Translations under genes and position numbers: made by a program | The notes under the pieces: model-generated | Database searches by the model: none | Told to the model about the DNA's origin: nothing | What the model saw: only the letters and a program-made list of their open reading frames with translations | Assembly: GCA_002269645.1 (NCBI GenBank) | Contig: NIVC01001320.1 | Coordinates: forward strand, 1 to 52,848 | Reading direction: 5' to 3' | Length of the DNA: 52,848 nt | DNA from: Macrostomum lignano | Lineage: Eukaryota | Part shown: positions 46,985 to 52,848 of the stretch, in pieces | Layout of the letters: each line of letters opens with the position of its first letter | Numbering within the stretch: the stretch's first letter is position 1

Positions 46985-48375
46985 GGGCGGATCCTGAGGC
47001 GGATCCAGAGGGGTCAAGACTTAGAGTGAGCGGGGCGGATCCTGAGGGGTCAAGACTTAGAGTGAGCGGGGCGGATCCAGAGGGGTCAAGACTTAGAGTG
47101 AGCGGGGCGGATCCAAAGGGGGTCAAGATCCAGAGTAAGGGGGCGGATCAGCAGATCCTGAGGGAGGGGGTCAAGACTCAGAGCGAGGGGGAGGATCCTG
47201 AGGGGGGTCAAGACCCAGAGCGAGGGGAGGATCCTGAGGGGGGGTCAAGACCCAGAATGAGGGGGCGGATCCTGAGGGGGCTCAAGACCCAGAGTGAGGG
47301 GGGCGGATCCTGAGGGGGCGGACCCAGAGTGAGCGGGGCGGATCCTGAGGGGGGTCAAGATCCAGAGTAAGGGGGGCGGATCCTGAGGGGGCGGACCCAG
47401 AGTGAGCGGGGCGGATCCTGAGGGGGGTCAAGATCCAGAGTAAGGGGGGCGGATCAGCAGATCCTGAGGGAGGGGGGTCAAGACCCAGAGTGATGGGGGC
47501 GGATCCTGAGGGGGGTCAAGACCCAGAGTAAGGGGGGCGGATCCTGAGGGGGGTCAAGACCCAGAGTAAGGGGGGCGGATCGGCAGATCCTGAGGGAGGG
47601 GGGTCAAGACTCAGAGTGAGGGGGAGGATCCTGAGGGGGGGGTCAAGACCCAGAATGATCGCGGGCGGATCCTGAGGGGGGTCAAGACCAGAGTAGGCGG
47701 GGCGGATCCAGAGGGGGGTCAAGACTCAGAGTGAGGGGGCGGATCCAGAGGGGGGTCAAGACTCAGAGTGAGGGGGCGGATCCAGAGGGGGGTCAAGACC
47801 CAGACTGAGGGGGCGGATCCAGAGGGGGGTCAAGACCCAGAGTGAGGGGAGGATCCTGAGGGGGGTCAAGACCCAGAATGAGGGGGCGGACCCAGAGTGA
47901 GGGGGCGGATCCTGAGGGGGGTCAAGACCCAGAGTGAAGGTGGCGGATGCCGAGGGGTCAAGACCCAGAGTGAGGGGGCGGATCCAGAGGGGGGTCAAGA
48001 CCCAGAGTGAGGGGGGGCGGATCCAGAGGGGGTCAAGACCCAGAGTGAGGGGGAGGATCCTGAGGGGGGTCAAGACCCAGAATGAGGGGGCGGACCCAGA
48101 GTGAGGGGGGGGGCGGATCCTGAGGGGGGTCAAGACCCAGAGTGAATGTGGCGGATGCCGAGGGGTCAAGACCCAGAGTGAGGGGGGCGGATCCAGAGGG
48201 GGGTCAAGACCCAGAGTGAAGGGGGCGGATGCCGAGGGGTCAAGACCCAGAGTGAATGTGGCGGATGCCGAGGGGTCAAGACCCAGAGTGAGGGGGGCGG
48301 ATCCAGAGGGGGGTCAAGACCAGAGTGAAGGGGGCGGATGCCGAGGGGTCAAGACCCAAGGTGAGGGGGGGGGTG
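46985..48375. repeat. G-rich ~36-bp minisatellite (GGCGGATCCTGAGGGGGGTCAAGACCCAGAGTGAGGG)
   Basis: Read directly; strong G-strand asymmetry. Confidence 0.95.
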
Positions 48376-48889
48376 GAGGGAGAGGGCCCCGTATTCTGAT
48401 AAAAATTCTCTTACAGTCGAACAATTTTTAAGGGTCCCCTTCGAAGGGCCGAGGCGACAGTGAGAGAGTACAATGTCAGAGCTTGGAGACAGTTTTCTTA
48501 ACCTCAGCCAGGTCAGTACAGTGGAATTAATTAGGTAACGCAGCTCATTCTTGTGAAATGAAGTAACAAAAGTGAGGGCAGTTGGGTGTGCTTGAAGATT
48601 TTTGCGTGAAGAACTTTGCAATTCAAGGTAAGACACTGCAATTCTGAATACACCTATTTTGTTTGTCGTTGAAAAACTTCTTTTTTCGTTTTTTTTTGTC
48701 TTTCCAACTACATCTTGTAAACCACAGATTATTTATACACCTAGATTAGTCACTTCACAAATTTACTCCTGCACTACTAATAAGTACCGAATGTAAGTAG
48801 TAGTACAAAATTAGCAAAACTATTGAATCGTATTTTTGTTTTGTCAACTGTGTGAAATTTAAATTCCAAGGCCCTAAATTACAGATTTG

Positions 48890-50270
48890 TGTTTACAGTC
48901 TGATTACAGTTTACATACTTGTGTTTACAATTTGATTGCAGTATAAACATTTGTGTTTACAGTTTTATTACAGTTTACATACTTGTGTTTACAATTTTAT
49001 TACAGTATAAACATTTGTGTTTACAGTTTTATTACAGTTTAAACACTTGTGTTTACAATTTGATTACAGTATAAACGTTTGTGTTTACAGTTTTATTACA
49101 GTTTAAACACTTGTGTTTACAATTTTATTACAGTATAAACATTTGTGTTTACAGTTTTATTACAGTTTGCATACTTGTGTTTACAATTTTATTACAGTTT
49201 AAACATTAGTGTTTACAGTTTTATTACAGTTTGCATACTTGTATTTACAGTTTTATTACAGTTTAAACAGTTGTGTTTACAGTTTTATTACAGTTTAAAC
49301 ATTTGTGTTTACAGTTTTATTACATTTTGCATACTTGTGTTTACAATTTTATTACAGTTTAAACATTTGTGTTTACAGTTTTATTACAGTTTGCATACTT
49401 GTATTTACAGTTTTGTTACAGTTTAAACATTTGTGTTTACAGTTTTATTACAGTTTAAACATTTGTGTTTACAATTTTATTACAGTATAAACATTTGTGT
49501 TTACAGTTTTATTACAGTTTGCATACTTGTGTTTACAATTTTATTACAGTTTAAACATTTGTGTTTACAGTTTTATTACAGTTTGCATACTTGTATTTAC
49601 AGTTTTGTTACAGTTTAAACATTTGTGTTTACAGTTTTATTACAGTTTGCATACTTGTGTTTACAATTTGATTACAGTATAAACATTTGTGTTTACAGTT
49701 TTATTACAGTTTGCATACTTGTATTTACAGTTTTATTACAGTTTAAACAGTTGTGTTTACAGTTTTATTACAGTTTAAACATTTGTGTTTACAGTTTTAT
49801 TACATTTTGCATACTTGTGTTTACAATTTTATTACAGTTTAAACATTTGTGTTTACAGTTTTATTACAGTTTGCATACTTGTATTTACAGTTTTGTTACA
49901 GTTTAAACATTTGTGTTTACAGTTTTATTACAGTTTAAACATTTGTGTTTACAATTTTATTACAGTATAAACATTTGTGTTTACAGTTTTATTACAGTTT
50001 GCATACTTGTGTTTACAATTTTATTACAGTTTAAACATTTGTGTTTACAGTTTTATTACAGTTTGCATACTTGTATTTACAGTTTTGTTACAGTTTAAAC
50101 ATTTGTGTTTACAGTTTTATTACAGTTTGCATACTTGTGTTTACAATTTGATTACAGTATAAACATTTGTGTTTACAGTTTTATTACAGTTTGCATACTT
50201 GTGTTTGCAATTTTATTACAGTATAAACATTTGTGTTTACAGTTTTATTACAGTTTATAAATGTGTTTAC
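48890..50270. repeat. AT-rich 32-bp satellite (TTGTGTTTACAGTTTTATTACAGTTTAAACAT) with a 480-bp higher-order duplication
   Basis: ORFs in the track recur at an exact 480-bp offset (49145/49625, 49305/49785, 49433/49913, 49497/49977). Confidence 0.95.
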
Positions 50271-50434
50271 AGCCTGATTTAATGTCGCACTTCAAGCGGC
50301 ATTGTCACTCAACCGGCGAGAGGCATTACTGCACACAGTCTGAGCACTCCCCTGAGCAGGCACACAAGCGCGCGGATACGTACGCAGTCATACGCACAGG
50401 CACACACTCACACAGGAGTGTACAGCGGCCCTGA

Positions 50435-50610
50435 CTTTATTTATTGTTAGGCATGTACACTTCACTGTGCCTTGGGGAGTTAGCCCTCAAGGCCGTTAAT
50501 TGCACGAGCAGAGCCAAGCGGAGATTCCAATTTAATCGCAAATTAATGTGACTGCACTTGGAATCGAGCCTGGGCGCTGGCACATCGCCAGACCACTGGG
50601 CTACGATCCC
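50435..50610 (-). mobile_element. tRNA-derived SINE (~175 bp)
   Basis: The minus strand begins GGGATCG, then A box TAGCCCAGTGG and B-box-like GGCTCGATTCC, a 3' hairpin (GCCTTGAGG...CCCCAAGGC) and an AATAAATAAA tail. Confidence 0.55.
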
Positions 50611-50849
50611 GAATGTGACCTTTCCAAACGCGCAACAAGAGAATTTGCTTAACAAAAAAAATGAATATTATTAATTATATTTTTTATATTCTGTGGGTGA
50701 ATCTTCGTAAAAATAGATAAATCGATTGCAAAAAATATTAATCAGAATTTAGAAATAGAATAACAAACAGGTTGTAATTTAAGCTTCAGAAATCCGATTG
50801 TATTACACAGTAAGTCAAATGTTATTAAATATAGCAGTGTAGTGCTTAT

Positions 50850-51799
50850 TCAGTACATAATTTTGTTTAAATCCTTCTGCCCCTCATCCGGAGAGGACGA
50901 TCGGGAGCCATGCCGACCATTCTTGGCCATAGAAGTTGAAGACTGCTGTCTGCTTGGAGACTGGTCAGTTCCTGCATCAAATTAAAGGCGTTTTTTGCGA
51001 CCTAATTATTTATGTTTGTGTAGGCGATAGCTACCGATATGTGTCGTAAGTAGAATTTTGAAAGAATTAAAAATATGTTAAGATAAGTTGGCAGAGAATC
51101 TTGGCGCCCCTAAGGAGGGAATCTTGGCGCCACTAAGGAGGGAATATTGGCGCCACTAAGGAGGGAATCTTGGCGCCCACTGAGGAGGGAATATTGGCGC
51201 CACTAAGGAGGGAATTTTGGTGCCCACTAAGGAGGGAATTTTGGTGCCCACTAAGGAGGGAATCTGGGCGCCACTAAGGAGGGAATCTTGGTGCCACTAA
51301 GGAGGGAATCTGGGCGCCACTAAGGAGGGAATCTTGGTGCCCCTAAGGAGGGAATCTTGGCGCTACTAAGGAGGGAATATTGGCGCCCACTGCGGAGGGA
51401 ATCTTGGTGCCACTAAGGAGGGAATATTGGCGTCCACTGAGGAGGGAATCTTGGCGCCCACTAATGAGGGAATCTTGGCGCCCACTAATGAGGGAATCTT
51501 GGTGTCCCTAAGGAGGGAATCTTGGCGCCCACTGAGGAGGGAATCTTGGCGCCCACTGAGGAGGGAATCTTGGCGCCCACTGAGGAGGGAATCTTGGCGC
51601 CCACTGAGGAGGGAATCTTGGCGCCCACTGAGGAGGGAATCTTGGCGCCCACTGAGGAGGGAATCTTGGCGCCCACTAATGAGGGAATTTTATTTTGGAC
51701 ACCTTGGACGTGAATACTTTTCAGCCCTACCGGAATTTCGTCTGTTGGAGGCGCTTCTCGCTCGAGTTTTCGAAGCTTTGCGTCGCCTTTCGTTTGATG

Positions 51800-51837
<38 letters not shown>

Positions 51838-52848
51838 TCCTCGTTTCGACGGCTGTTTCGCGGCTTCTTTTCGCTGTCAAACTTTTCTTGCCTTTTTCCA
51901 CTACTAACAGTAGCGCTAACCGAGCGGAGTCTGAGAATAAAAAAAGCGAAATTTAAAAACAAAAAATAAAAACAAAAAATTTATATGTATATGTTATGTT
52001 TTCTATCTGCTACTTACAGTAGAGAGCTGGAAAATTATAGAATATTATTAACACACCTGGATTTTCGCCACACGGACGGGTCGGTCTGGAACAGGCGCTT
52101 GTGGCGGCCGTAGATCCAGTCTGTGTGCTGTTTATGCACCTCGCTGTCGCCTGCAAGTTGCAAAACTAATTAATAACCACATCACATAAACTGTTTATTT
52201 GTCAAATTACGACAAAGGCGCATAATCGCCCGTCAGGCTGACGTCACCAGTCTGACCCATCCACCTGACCCATCCACCTGACCCATCCACCTGACCCATC
52301 CACCTGACCCATCCACCTGACCCATCAACCTGACCCATCCACCTGACCATACCACCTGACCCATCAACCTGACCCATCCACCTGACCCATCTACCTGACC
52401 CATCCACCTGACCCATCCACTTGACCCATCCACCTGACCCATCCACCTGACCCATATCCACCTGACCCATCCACCTGACCCATCCACCTGACCCATCCAC
52501 TTGATTTATCCACTTGACCCATCCGCCAGACCCGTCCACCTAACCCATCTACCTGACCCATCCACCTGACCCATCCACCTGACCCATCTACCTGACCCAT
52601 CCACCTGACCCATCCACTTGACCCATCCACCTGACCCATCTACCTGACCCATCACCTGACCCATCTACCTGACCCATCCACCTGACCCATCTACCTGACC
52701 CATCTACCTGACCCATCCACCTGACCCATCTACCTGACCCATCACCTGACCCATCTACCTGACCCATCCACCTGACCCATCCACCTGACCCATCCACCTG
52801 ACCCAGGCCAGCCCTGGCAACCAACCAGCTCTTTCCGAGCTCGTGCTT
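50850..52848 (-). CDS. 3' exons of an unidentified protein-coding gene (5' part lies beyond the window)
   Basis: Exons >52848-52803, 52150-52057, 51930-51731 and 50971-50850 (TGA) join with matching phases (1, 2, 1) into KHELGKSWLVARAGLGDSEVHKQHTDWIYGRHKRLFQTDPSVWRKSRLRS...poly-Ala...DLNKIMY*. Confidence 0.75.
51098..51690. repeat. 23-bp intronic minisatellite (GAGGGAATCTTGGCGCCCACTGA/AG)
   Basis: About 25 units. Confidence 0.95.
52250..52802. repeat. 13-bp intronic minisatellite (CCACCTGACCCAT)
   Basis: About 40 units, abutting the splice donor at 52802. Confidence 0.95.

Noticed and set aside
48410-48630. Plus-strand exon-like blocks with AG/GT sites
   Set aside because: All frames contain stops and there is no recognisable product.

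Overview
This is eukaryotic (metazoan) genomic DNA with GC-rich exons, GT-AG introns and very dense minisatellites. The style fits a flatworm such as Macrostomum, but that is an inference and the sequence does not prove it. Host genes, all on the minus strand: a complete 7-exon methylmalonyl-CoA mutase (MMUT), a 3-exon divergent ETS-domain gene, and the 3' exons of an unidentified gene at the right edge. The left 29 kb is mostly transposon relics. It holds two decayed, intron-containing RPA1/RPA70-like OB-fold genes, a 5'-truncated Ingi/I-group LINE whose tail runs into a CAA/CAG/GCC array, and a full-length LOA/Lian-type LINE with a 10-bp TSD inside an intron of the second RPA-like copy. A 66-bp inverted copy of that LINE's 3' end has its own 12-bp TSD, and the two target sites are similar. 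A composite repeat (tRNA-like head, DINE/Lep1-like element, two-minisatellite module) occurs three times. Further right are hAT- and P-like MITEs, a SINE and a Crypton-like fragment. Several single-base frameshifts, mostly in short homopolymers (MMUT, ETS, LINE), probably include assembly errors. No CRISPR array, rRNA gene or functional tRNA gene was seen.
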